This document shows, in pieces, positions 11,501-22,200 of a stretch of DNA of 64,000 nt. How positions within the stretch are numbered: position 1 is the stretch's first letter; the number at the start of each line of letters is the position of its first letter. The notes beneath the pieces were generated by a model that was not told where the DNA came from, did no database searches, and worked only from the letters and a program-made list of their open reading frames with translations. The DNA lies in contig OY760937.1 of the NCBI GenBank assembly GCA_963664225.1, forward strand, positions 64,001-128,000, given 5' to 3'. The position numbers and the translations under genes are program-made. Source of the DNA: Verrucomicrobiia bacterium (lineage in GTDB: Bacteria > Verrucomicrobiota > Verrucomicrobiia > Limisphaerales > UBA1319).

Positions 11501-14500
11501 TGCCTGTGCCCATCGGAGTGGCCCTGGGTCGCAAGGTGGCCACGGTTAACATAGCCGATGCGGATGTTCCCGATGTGTTTTTCAACTTCAGCACCGCGAG
11601 TTATTTTGCCGATGAAAATGGCGGTGTTGCGCAAATTGCTGTGAATCGCTCGGGATCCTCGGCCGGGCGCGTCTGGGTGAAATACGCCACATCGACGAAT
11701 GCAGCCGGCGGGATTCTCGCTCAGACCGGGCTTAACTACACACCGGTCAGCGGAACGCTGACCTTCGAGTCGGGCCAGACAAACAAGAGCTTTTTGGTGC
11801 CCATTTTGGACAATACCCTGGTTGAGCCGGACAAGGTTTTTGGCCTGGCCATTTCCAACCCGGGCGGGCCGGGAGCGAAATTGGGGACGGTGACCAATTC
11901 GGTGGTGACGATCGTGGATAACGATTACGCCCCGGGTCGTTTGAGTTTCACCGCAACGAATTATTCGAGTCTGGAGAATAGCGGTGCCGCCACGATATCA
12001 GTGCGTCGGCGCGGCGGAAATTTGGGCGTGGTGTCCGCGGACTACTACCTCGCGGATAATACCGCTTTTGCCAATGTGAACTATATGCCGGTGAGCGGCC
12101 ACCTTGAATGGCAAAGCGGCGAATCCGGCGAGAAAAGCTTCGACGTGCCATTGGTCAACAATTCCATTGTCGAAAGTAACAAGACAGTTCGTCTGGTGCT
12201 TACGAATTTCGTGACCGCGCTTCCGGGCACATTTACAAATTCATTGCTCACCATTGTCGATGACGATGCGTTCGGCAAACTGCAGTTGTCGCAGACCACC
12301 GCGCAGGTGTTGGAAAATGAAGGCTCCCTGGTCCTGTACGTGAATCGCATCGGCGGCATTGCCGGCGAGGTGAGCGTGCAGGTGACCACCTCCCCAATCA
12401 CCGCCAGGCCGAATGTGGATTTCGTTCCTTCAACCAATATCGTGACATTGTCATCCGGACAGTTGAGCACGAATGTCACCATCCAGATTTTGGACGATGG
12501 CGCGGCTGGAAACAACCGCACCTTTGCAGTGAAATTGTCGAATCCGGTGAATGCGAGTTTGGGCTCTGTGACCAATACGACCGTCATGATCATCGATCGG
12601 GAATCCTACAATCTGCCTCCCGGCCAGACAGATCCGACCTATGTCAGCGCATCGGGAGCCAATGCCACCATTTACACATTGGGGATGCTGACGAATGGCA
12701 ACTTGCTTGTCGCAGGAGATTTTACGAAATTTAACGGCGCCACGCGCAGCCGCATGGCCCGGTTGCTGCCCAGCGGCGCTCTGGATTCCAATTTCGATGT
12801 TGGAGCCGGCCCCTCGCAATCGGTTCGCACCCTCCTGGTTCAGGATTCGGGGAAGATTTTGATCGGCGGACTTTTCACCAACGTGAGCGGATTCAACCGG
12901 AATTACATTGCCCGATTGAATGCGGATGGTTCGCTGGATATGCAGTTTAATCCGGGCGGCGGCGCGGATAATCCGGTCTATGCGATCCTGACGCAAAACG
13001 ACGGCAAAATTATTTTGGGCGGCGACTTTGCAACTTACAACGGAGTCAATCGCAACCACATTGTCCGTGTGGGCACGGATGGTGTGATTGACACCTCGTT
13101 CGATCCAGGAGCGGGCATTAACGGCACGGTTAACGCGCTGGCCCTGCAGAATGACGGGAAGATCGTGGTCGCAGGCCGGTTTACCAGCGTCGATAATCTC
13201 CAGCAGGTCTCCGTGGCCCGGTTGAATCCGGATGGTTCCGTGGATGGGAGTTTTTCGGTCGGGCTCGGGCCGGATGCGACAGTGCGCGCGCTGGCCATTC
13301 AGAACGACGGACGCATTCTTGTCGGCGGGTTGTTCACTTCGTTCGATGGATTGGCCTCAGGGCGGTTGCAGCGGCTCAATTCGGATGGCTCCGTGGATCA
13401 AACCTTTGTTGCCGGCCTTGGAGCGGACAACGCCATTTACACGATTCTGATCCAGCCTGACGGCAAGATTGTGGTCGGAGGGGACTTTACGATGTTTAAC
13501 GGAGTGGCCCGGAACCGGATCGCCCGGTTGCGCACGGATGGATCGGTGGATCCGACCATCAATTTCGGCAGCGGAGCCAACGGATTTGTCTCCGCGCTGG
13601 CCCTGCAGAGCGATCGGAAGATTCTCCTGGCGGGCGGGTTCACACAGTATAATGACGAGCCTCACGCCTATCTGGCGAGGATCAACGGTGGCGGTTCGGT
13701 GGATGCCGGACAAATGCAATTCAATCTGTCGCACTATTCCGTCCTTGAAACGGGAACGAACGCGGTGATTCGCGTGCTCCGGTCCGGCGGTTCGACAGGA
13801 GAAGTCACGGTCGATTTCGCGACCATCGACGATACGGCCCAAAGCGGCGTGAATTATCTGGGCTTTACCAACACCCTGACCTTTGCCGAAGGGGAGACTT
13901 ACAAAACGGTCACGGTGCCGGTGCTGCATGACAATGTCGCCACGGACGAAAAAAGCCTGAAACTGGCCCTCACCAATCTGACCGGCGGCGCGGTGCTCGG
14001 GCCTCAACCCTCGGCAACATTGTCGATCATCAATGTCGATATGGGGGTAGGCTTTACATCCCAGTCTTACAGTGTGAATGAAGGCGTTGGAAGCGGCCAG
14101 GCGACCATTACGGTGGCGCGGGCGGGGGGAACCAACGGGACGACCTCCGTGGATTTCTACACCCAGGACGGCTCGGCCATCAGCGGGATTCATTACAGGG
14201 CCACTTCTGGAACGATTTATTTCCTGCCCGGGGAATCAGTGAAAACCTTCCCTGTTGGAATTATCGATGAGAAGATCGTGGAGGGCAGCCACACGGTTCT
14301 GCTCTATTTAAGCAATGCCTCGGGCACGACGGCATTAACCACATCCAGCGCGGTGCTGACGATTGTGGATAACGATTTTTCACCGGGAACGCTGCGGTTT
14401 TCAGCCAGCAGCTATACGGTCGGCGAGAAGGGCACCAATGCGGTGATCAGTGTGAGCCGGGTTAACGGCTTCACCGGGATTGTCGCGGTGGATTTCGCGA

Positions 14501-16224
14501 CCAGCAACGGCACGGCAACGGCGGGTGTCAAATATGTGAGGACCGCCACGCGGCTGGCCTTTGCGGATGGCGAAACGTCCAAGACGGTTTTGATTCCAAT
14601 CATCGATGAGAGCGCCGTGGAGGGTGACCAATCGGTCATTCTGACCCTCTCGAATGTCTCCGGCGGAGCGACACTGGGCTCGCCCAGCGTTGTGACGCTT
14701 TCCATTGTCGATGACGATTTCGGACCGGGAAGTCTCGATAATAGTTTTGCAATCGGCGCGGGCGCCAATGCGGCGGTCACGTCTGTGGCGCTGCAACCCG
14801 ATGGGCGCATCGTTCTCGGCGGTTTGTTTACGGCATTTAACAACGCAAGCCGGACGTATCTGGCGCGTTTGAATCTGAACGGTTCGCTCGATGCGGGGCT
14901 GAATCCAACCATCGACGGCGCGGTGAGTTCAGTGGCATCGCTGGATGATGGACGCATTGTGTTTGGCGGAGAGTTTCGCAATGTCAACGGCGCAAGCCGC
15001 AGTTGGGTGGGCCGTCTGGCCACCAACGGGCTGTCGGATCCGGGCTTCTTTGCCTCGGCGGGCATGGATGCCTCGGTCAATATGGTGCTGCCAATGGCTG
15101 GAATGCGCACGGTGGTTGGTGGTAACTTCACCACGCCGGCGGGTCGCGCAATTCGCATCAACGACAATGGCACATTGGATGTGACCTTCAATCCGGATGG
15201 CGGAAGCGATGGTTCCGTGTATGCCGCGGCGCTCCTGCCCGATGGCAGCGTGGTGCTGGGTGGAAGCTTTTCCAGCATGGGCGGTTTGGCGCGCAACGGA
15301 TTTGCCCGTGTGAATGCGTCTGGGTTGATCGAGCCGGGCTATGGCAAAGGCAGCGGCGCGGATGGCCCCGTGTATGCCGTGGCGGCCCAGGCGGATGGCC
15401 GGGTGATTTTAGGCGGAAGTTTCTCATCGATCAACGGTGTGCCTTGTCAGGGCATTGCCCGGTTGCAGAAGAACGGGTCTGTGGATCTGGATTTTGCGGC
15501 GAGGGCATCGGTGAATGGGGCGGTCTATGCCCTGGCGGTCCAGACGGATGGCAAAATCTTTGTGGGCGGTGAATTCACCACAGCCAGTGGCGGGAATCGG
15601 ACACGCTTTGCCCGGCTCAACCGGGATGGTTCCCTGGACACCGCGTTTTTGCCGGGAACCGGCGCGAACGGCCCGGTCTATTCGATCGCCATCCAATTGG
15701 ATGGCAAGGTGGTCATTGCGGGTGATTTTACATCGGTAAGCGGGGCGTCCCGAAATCGCATTGCGCGGTTGCTGGGAGATACGGAGTTTAAGGGTCTGAT
15801 GGGGCAGGCGAGCCTGGTCAATGGACAAAGCTTGCAGCTTTATCTGGCCACGCAACCCGGCGGAGTCTATGCGCTTCAAGCGTCCCAGGATCTGACGAAC
15901 TGGACGAGCCTGAGCACGAATGTCGCCACGGGATCGCCGACGGTCTTTACGGATGCCAGTGTTGCCGGCATAAGCCCGCGGTTCTACCGGGCGCAATGGC
16001 TGGTGCCGTATTTGCTGTCTGTGGATCTGCAAACGAACGGGAGTCTGGTCACCTTCAGCGTTCAGGCAGGTGTGGCCTATGTGATTCAGGCCTCCAATAA
16101 TCAGATCGATTGGGGCACGTTGACCACGAACACTTCCCCAACGACGAAATTGCAGTATTTCGATCGTGGAGCGATTGGCCAGTCGCAACGATATTATCGC
16201 GCGCAGCGGGCCCAGAAGCCGTGA
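8593..16224 (+). CDS. Giant secreted/surface protein with Calx-beta domains and Delta-60 beta-propeller repeats; two tandem C-terminal domains
   Basis: GGAG RBS before ATG 8593; signal peptide; many (Q/L)PDGKI(L/V)IGGxF...IARLNxDGSLDxxF repeats; Calx-beta V.Y.T.DGTA.AG.DY....GTL.F..GET repeats. Confidence 0.9.
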   Translation: MRKVLSNLVRKWWNKNAMAGIALGMALVCGQNALAQTNTNTTNNASMAGTLQFAAAEYFTSESSTATAGGLNYPGAWITVARTGAFTGRILVDWMTTTNGATAKAGTDYTASTGTLVFDNGQSSAFFVVPITDNTGTSNKVSLSSLVPDLSFSVMLTNARPAAVEDSSLVPAIGSQSTAKVSIQDDDYSFNIQRSDYHVSESDGTVTVTVTLPPGMEAGTVDYQTASSGFNPQPGSAVAIAGVDYESTSGTLDFAAGDTQKTITLTILQNDQAQFNRDFVIRLTNPSIQISSPVTNITVVTNEDGTKSTNSEVADVQTNLPMGRISQAIVTIYNDDPPAGAVDPSFLASSSKNTEPPYNPLPGANSTVNAMAIQNGKVIVGGDFTTFNALSKGRIARLDGVTGELDPTFDAGTGMDGSVGALAVRPDGRIAVGGAFTSISGISRYSLARLLPDGGIDAAFNPGTSINGAVRDLAFTPNGTRLLIAGDFTLVQGRNRNGVARLLDDGSVDNTFDPGLGANGPVYAVLQQPDGKILIGGDFTSVGGQNFDSIARLNADGSLDTSFVGTTVDGAVYSLDQRRQATAAFSGTFNENITGDVTNTVSLGVGQGTISLNYAFGAMTNDTVLSNTLSIYYQGNLVTQRILNATTTNDVIGSLNVSFGPGASGSFDVVVSAQSVPWFYTGTAVSTSGDVGRIVIGGSFTSVNLASRSGLAQLNSDGTLDTTFDPGTAAEDGPVYSVQIGSDGKVYAAGAFTTFNGTQRSGIARTLSNGFLDTSFMDTAFNQYAGLASVTSVDPRPFINAIQLNNNGDVLIGGFFSWVGGNYSQDYYNDTSLYGVTAPGYDFHPDRSTKVARNNFARLKGGSTPGPGNLQFDRENYFVDENGGSVSITAQRLNGTMGSVSLFLTTRDGTALAGEDYKAVTNQTMNWADQSVRNGLLQISIFNDHKAEGDQSFKLVASVPRLSYMNLGGVPVPIGVALGRKVATVNIADADVPDVFFNFSTASYFADENGGVAQIAVNRSGSSAGRVWVKYATSTNAAGGILAQTGLNYTPVSGTLTFESGQTNKSFLVPILDNTLVEPDKVFGLAISNPGGPGAKLGTVTNSVVTIVDNDYAPGRLSFTATNYSSLENSGAATISVRRRGGNLGVVSADYYLADNTAFANVNYMPVSGHLEWQSGESGEKSFDVPLVNNSIVESNKTVRLVLTNFVTALPGTFTNSLLTIVDDDAFGKLQLSQTTAQVLENEGSLVLYVNRIGGIAGEVSVQVTTSPITARPNVDFVPSTNIVTLSSGQLSTNVTIQILDDGAAGNNRTFAVKLSNPVNASLGSVTNTTVMIIDRESYNLPPGQTDPTYVSASGANATIYTLGMLTNGNLLVAGDFTKFNGATRSRMARLLPSGALDSNFDVGAGPSQSVRTLLVQDSGKILIGGLFTNVSGFNRNYIARLNADGSLDMQFNPGGGADNPVYAILTQNDGKIILGGDFATYNGVNRNHIVRVGTDGVIDTSFDPGAGINGTVNALALQNDGKIVVAGRFTSVDNLQQVSVARLNPDGSVDGSFSVGLGPDATVRALAIQNDGRILVGGLFTSFDGLASGRLQRLNSDGSVDQTFVAGLGADNAIYTILIQPDGKIVVGGDFTMFNGVARNRIARLRTDGSVDPTINFGSGANGFVSALALQSDRKILLAGGFTQYNDEPHAYLARINGGGSVDAGQMQFNLSHYSVLETGTNAVIRVLRSGGSTGEVTVDFATIDDTAQSGVNYLGFTNTLTFAEGETYKTVTVPVLHDNVATDEKSLKLALTNLTGGAVLGPQPSATLSIINVDMGVGFTSQSYSVNEGVGSGQATITVARAGGTNGTTSVDFYTQDGSAISGIHYRATSGTIYFLPGESVKTFPVGIIDEKIVEGSHTVLLYLSNASGTTALTTSSAVLTIVDNDFSPGTLRFSASSYTVGEKGTNAVISVSRVNGFTGIVAVDFATSNGTATAGVKYVRTATRLAFADGETSKTVLIPIIDESAVEGDQSVILTLSNVSGGATLGSPSVVTLSIVDDDFGPGSLDNSFAIGAGANAAVTSVALQPDGRIVLGGLFTAFNNASRTYLARLNLNGSLDAGLNPTIDGAVSSVASLDDGRIVFGGEFRNVNGASRSWVGRLATNGLSDPGFFASAGMDASVNMVLPMAGMRTVVGGNFTTPAGRAIRINDNGTLDVTFNPDGGSDGSVYAAALLPDGSVVLGGSFSSMGGLARNGFARVNASGLIEPGYGKGSGADGPVYAVAAQADGRVILGGSFSSINGVPCQGIARLQKNGSVDLDFAARASVNGAVYALAVQTDGKIFVGGEFTTASGGNRTRFARLNRDGSLDTAFLPGTGANGPVYSIAIQLDGKVVIAGDFTSVSGASRNRIARLLGDTEFKGLMGQASLVNGQSLQLYLATQPGGVYALQASQDLTNWTSLSTNVATGSPTVFTDASVAGISPRFYRAQWLVPYLLSVDLQTNGSLVTFSVQAGVAYVIQASNNQIDWGTLTTNTSPTTKLQYFDRGAIGQSQRYYRAQRAQKP

Positions 16225-16268
16225 GCCGGGCAATGATTTGGATGGACACCCTAAAGAGATTGATTTGT

Positions 16269-19200
16269 ATGCGAACTTCGGAAATGAAAGCATTGGTTAA
16301 ATACGGTCGTCCGCAGCTATGGAGCGCGGCCTGTGCGGCGGTTCTTTTGTTGCTCACCGTCGCCGGTTTGCACGCGCAGACCACGAACGTGCCACCCGCC
16401 GTCGTGCAGTTTGCTTCTGCGACATACACTGTGGAGGAGAACACTCCGGGCTATGCCGTGGTCACGGTAAGGCGCACCGGCGATCTCTTCGGCGACATTA
16501 ACTCGGTCGATTATACCGCCACGGACGGGACTGCGGTCGGCGGGATCGACTTTCTGCCTGTCAGCGGGACGCTCGAATTTTTCCCCGGGCAAAATTATCA
16601 GAGCTTCTTTATCTGGATCTTTGACGATTTCATCCAGAACGGCAATCGCACGATCAATTTAACCCTCAGCAACCCGGTTGGCACCAACCTGGTCATGGGC
16701 GCCCAATCCGCGGCCGTGCTGACGATCATCGACGACGAATCCGCAAACAATTATTCCAGCTCGGGCGTGGTCGAAGTGGCCCCTGGCAACTCACTGAATA
16801 TTGGGAGTAACAGAGGAGATTATGAAATCACCCAGGAGGAATGGCGTTGGAGGGATAGTGATGACGGCCCGAGAGGCGCCCAGGTTACGATTGTCCGTCG
16901 CGGTGGAACCAAGGGCAAGGTGCTGGTGGACTTTTATACGACGACCAATATTGTGCCGAGCTATGTTTCCTCGATTTATTCATACTATTACGACTTTTTC
17001 TACGGGTATGCCGGCGGTTATGCGCTTCCGGGTGTCCATTTCATCCCAACCAATGGCACCGTCGCGCTGGAGGACTTCCAGACCAGCACGAACATTTTGA
17101 TCAAAATTCCGCCAATCAGCTATGGACATAATTTTACAACCAACACATTTGGTGTAACCAACGTTGATTTTACCTTCACGATTCCCCCCTCCAGTTTTGG
17201 TGTGGGGTTGACGAATCTGAGGGCAGCGCCGGAAGAGGATCCCAGCCTTATCCAACCCGTCCTTGGTGTCAGTGTGCGTAACGTGAATGTCATTGACAAT
17301 ACGGATGGATTCTCGTTCATCCGAATGCACCACGTTGTTGATGAAGGCGTGGGCATTGCCAATGTCTATGTTTACCGGTCTGCTGATCTCCGTGAAAGCG
17401 TGACGGTGCGCGCCTGGGTCAACGATAGGTCAAGTGGCAGTTCTGAAGGGGACCACCAATGGAATTCCTTCCCGTTGGAGGCGGAGTCGGATTATGCCTC
17501 TGCTTTTCTGGATTACCTTCCGCCGGGCAGCGGCGCTTGGTGGCGTGCCATTACACCCGCCGATCAGTCTCCTGGTTCAGGAGATTGTGTGTTCACCTGG
17601 CCTGCGCTTGATATCGGAGATAACCAAGGATGCAAAGTAATACGCATCCCCATCATTCAAGACAACTTGGTCGAGTTTGCTGAAGACATGAAGATTGAGC
17701 TCTATCAGAGGGAAGGGGATGTGGGCTTTATCAATCAATGGTGCGCGTACTCCACATTAACAATCAAGTTCGACGATCAGGTTGCCGGGGCCGCGGACCG
17801 GGATTTCAACCGTGAAAACGATGCGTTGACCAGCCCGCCGTATAATTTGGTTCCGGGCGCGAATAAACCGGTGCAGGCCATTGTGGTCCAGCCGGACGGT
17901 AAGATTGTCATTGGCGGTGATTTTACCGCGTTCAATACGACGCCTCGCAATTCGATTGCCCGTGTGAACCAGGATGGTCAGCTCGACACCTCGTTCAACC
18001 CCGGTCTTGGAGCGGACAACTATGTCAGCGCCGTGGCCTTGCAGCCGGATGGGCGGATACTGATTGGCGGCGGATTTACTTCCGTGAACGCCTCCTTGCG
18101 GTATGGCATTGCCCGTTTGCTGCCCAATGGTGCGGTGGATCCCACCTTCAATCCCGGGATTGGAGCGGATGGTCCCGTGCGCGCCGTTTCCTTGCAGTCC
18201 GACGGCAAGATTCTGATCGGTGGCGAGTTTATTTACTATAACGGAACCAATCGCAATTATCTCGCGCGCCTGAACTCGGATGGTTCGCTCGATACGACCT
18301 TCGATCCGGGTGACGGTCCCAATGGTCCCGTGTATTCGATGGCATTGACGGCAGGAGCCATGAATATCAACCGACAGGCGTCCGGTGGACAGGCCGAAGA
18401 CCGGTTTCCTGTCGATAGCGGCAGCATGCAGGGATCGATCACCGTAACTTATGATTTTCTGACCATACCGGATACCCTCCGTATTTATAATGGAAACGAT
18501 CTGCTTCTGGACACGGGTTTGATTAACGGGGTCGGCACGGTCACGGTTCCCTACTCCGGTTCGAGCAGCTACCTGACGGTTGTGATCAACGAAGGAAATA
18601 ATTCCTCCGAGGGTACGCAATGGCGTTACTCCCTGGCCATTAATCCCGTGGTGGATGAGCGTCCTGTCATCGGAGGTAATTTTACATCCTTCAATGGAAT
18701 CGAGATGAACTATGTGACCCGGCTGAATCCCGATGGGTCCGTGGATCAGAGCTTCACTCCTGGAACTGGACCGGACGACGTGGTGTATGCCGTGGCCAAG
18801 CAGGGTAACAAGGTGGTCATCGGCGGCGCCTTTACATCCGTTGACATTCGCAATCGGCGCGGTGTGGCGCGTTTGAATGAGGATGGCACGCTGGATACCA
18901 CCTACGACACGGGTTCCGGCACCGATAACACGGTTTATTCGATCACGGTGCAGGCCAACGGCCAGGCCGTGCTGGGCGGTGTCTTCAATGCGTTCAACGG
19001 CACTCGGCGCATCGGTTTGCTGCGGTTGAATCTGGACGGCACCCTGGACACCTCCTTCATGGACACGGCGTATAATCAGTTCGCCGGTGTGATTGCTCCG
19101 TTAAGCAGGGAGAATCCTTTAACGCAGCCGAACTTCATTTCGGCCGTGGCCCCGTACCGCCAGACCAGCGCGTCGGTCTTTGTGGTGACCAACATCACGA

Positions 19201-22200
19201 CGGCAGGCGAGACCAACTTCAGCTATGTCACAAACTACACTTACGCGGACTATGTTTATGTGGGTGGTCTCTTCAAGCGCATGGGCGGTGGTTACGATCG
19301 TAACAACGAACTCTCGCGGTATAACTTCGCCCGTGTGATCGGCGGCGCAACACCCGGACCGGGCAATATCCAATTCGCCGCGCCCAATTATACCATCGAT
19401 GAAAACGGCGGACGGATTTATATCACCATGGTTCGCACCAACGGAAGTTTGGGGGCTATTGCCGCCAATGTCGCCACTCTCGATCCGCCTGCGGGACCCG
19501 GTGTGGCCGTGGGTGGCCGGGATTACTACAGCACGAACAGGAATGTGGCCTGGACCTCGACCTACGGACAAGGTTGCGGAGACGACCGCCAGGTCAGTTC
19601 AGCGCGCATGGGACCCAGCAACCGTACTGTGGATACGAACCAGGCCTTGTGCGATTTCGATCCCCATGCCGATGGTTTTGCGCCAGCCCGGTTTTCCAAT
19701 CCTGACAGCGATGATTTCTTTGTGACGATGATTGACAATTCAACCATCGATGGAGACCGGGTGCTCAATCTCAAGATCACCCAGCCAACATCCACGCTGA
19801 CCCTGGGCGGCATCCCGATTCCCTTGGGATTTGCCCTCGGAAAAGTGGACGCCACTTTGAACATTGTGGATAACGATATGATCCCGGGAACGCTCGGGTT
19901 CAGCACCAAATTTTATTCCATCATAGAAAATGGGAAAAGGGCGGCGATCGGTGTTACACGCGTGGGAGGATCGGGTGGAGACGTTTCCATTGCTTATACC
20001 ACGAGCGATGGAACGGCGAAGGCGCGCAAGGATTACACCGCGACGCAAGGACGGCTCTATTTCGCCTCCGGCCAAACCACAAACACGATCTATGTGCCGA
20101 TCATCGACAATGCGATCGCTGAACTGGACAAAACGATCAACCTGACACTGTCCGATCCATCGGGCTTCCCGGCGAACTGGCCCGTCAGCGCGCGCCTCGA
20201 TCCGAACAGGGCCACTTCCGTCCTCAGCATCATCGATGATGATTTCGCGCCCGGACGCATGAGTTTTCTGCAACCCGACTTCACGGTCGGAGTGAACGAC
20301 GGGACGGCCACAATCACCGTCAAGCGCAGTGGAGGCGCTCTGGGAGATCTGCGGGTGTCTTTTGCCACAAGCGATGGCACGGCCGTCAACGGCGTGAACT
20401 ACCTCGGAACCAATGGAACACTGTTCTGGGTGGACGGGGATATTAGTCCGAAGACCTTCACAGTGCCCATCCTGAACAATTTCGAGGTTGGCACGAATCG
20501 GACGATCAACATCGCCCTTTCAAATTCGTATGTGAACAATCAGTTCAACACGAACGCGCTGGGGTTGACGAGCGCCACGCTGACCATTCAGAACAATAAC
20601 TCGTATGGCGTGCTGGGCTTCAGCCGGCCCGCCTACGTGGTGGATGAAAAGAGCGCGCAAGCGATTGTCACGGTTCTACGCTCCGCCGGTTTGTCCGGCA
20701 TCATCAGTGTCGATTATACGACGGCGAATGTGAATGCGACGGCGGGTGTGAATTACCGGACGGCACGCGGGACATTGACCTTTGGCGTCGGCGAAGCCAG
20801 CAAGACGTTTGTTGTGCCGATATTGGACGATGGCGTGCTGACGGGCGACAAGGTGCTGCGTTTGAGTTTGTCGAACGCCGTGGTCGTTGCCCTTGGAACC
20901 AATTCTCCCTCGCTGATGGGATATCAATCCACGGCGCAGGTGACCATTGTGGATCGGGAGCTGTCCAACACGCCTGCGGGATCGCTGGACCGGTCGTTTG
21001 TTTCGGCTGAAGGCGCCGACGGCTTCATCTATGGTCTGGCACTTCAGGCGGACGGTAATTTACTCCTGGGTGGCGATTTCACCAAGATCAACAGCGTTAA
21101 CAAGAATCGGGTGGCGCGGCTGACCACGGCTGGAGCCCTGGATTTCAGTTTCGACGTTGGCTCCGGGCCCAATGGCTCCGTGCGCAGTATTCAGGTTCAA
21201 AACGACAACCGGATTCTGGTGGGCGGATTGTTCACCACCTTCAATAACATCAACCGAAATTACATTACGCGGTTGAACGTGGACGGTGCCAACGATCCGA
21301 CATTCAATCCCGGAGCGGGCGCTGATAATCCGATCTATGCAACCGCTTTGCAGGACGATTCCCGCATTCTTGTGGGTGGCGATTTCGCCACATTCAACGG
21401 TGTAAGCCGCCGTCATATCGCGCGCTTGAACACGAACGGTGTGGTCGATGTGACCTTCGATCCGGGCATCGGCACAGATGGCAGCATCTATGCCCTGGCT
21501 GTTCAGCCGGACGGGAAAATACTCATTGCAGGTGACTTTAACACCTATAACAACCAGGCCATCAAACGGATTGCGCGGTTGAACTCCAACGGCGCGCTGG
21601 ATGCGAGCTTTAATCCCGGCGTTGGAGCCAACGCGGCCATTCGCGCCCTCTGCCTTCAGAGCGATGGAAAGATGCTCATCGGCGGGTTGTTCACCAACGT
21701 GAGCGGGATCGCCCTGTCCGCTGTGGCGCGCTTGAATAGCGACGGCACGGTGGATTCAGCCTTCCACCCCGGAGCGGGCGCCGACAATGCCGTCTATACC
21801 ATCGCGCTTCAGGACGATGGCAAGATTGTGTTGGGCGGAGATTTCCTGCACTTCGGCGGCATCAATCGCAGTCGCCTGACGCGTTTGAATCCCGATGGCA
21901 CACCCGATCCGACCATCAATATTGGAACCGGCGCAAATGCGTTTGTGTCCTCCCTTCTGGTGCAGCCAGACCGGAAGATTGTGTTTGTCGGCGGGTTCAC
22001 CAGTTTCGACGGCAATCCCAAGAAATACATCGCGCGCATCGAAGGCGGGGCGATGGCCGATAGCGGGAGTCTTGAGTTCAGCAGTTCGATTTACCGGGTC
22101 ATGGAAAACGAGACCAACGCCGTGGTCACCGTGCGCCGCACCGGTGGAACACTGGGCCAGGTTTGGGTCAATTATGAGACGTTATTGGCTGGCTCGGCCA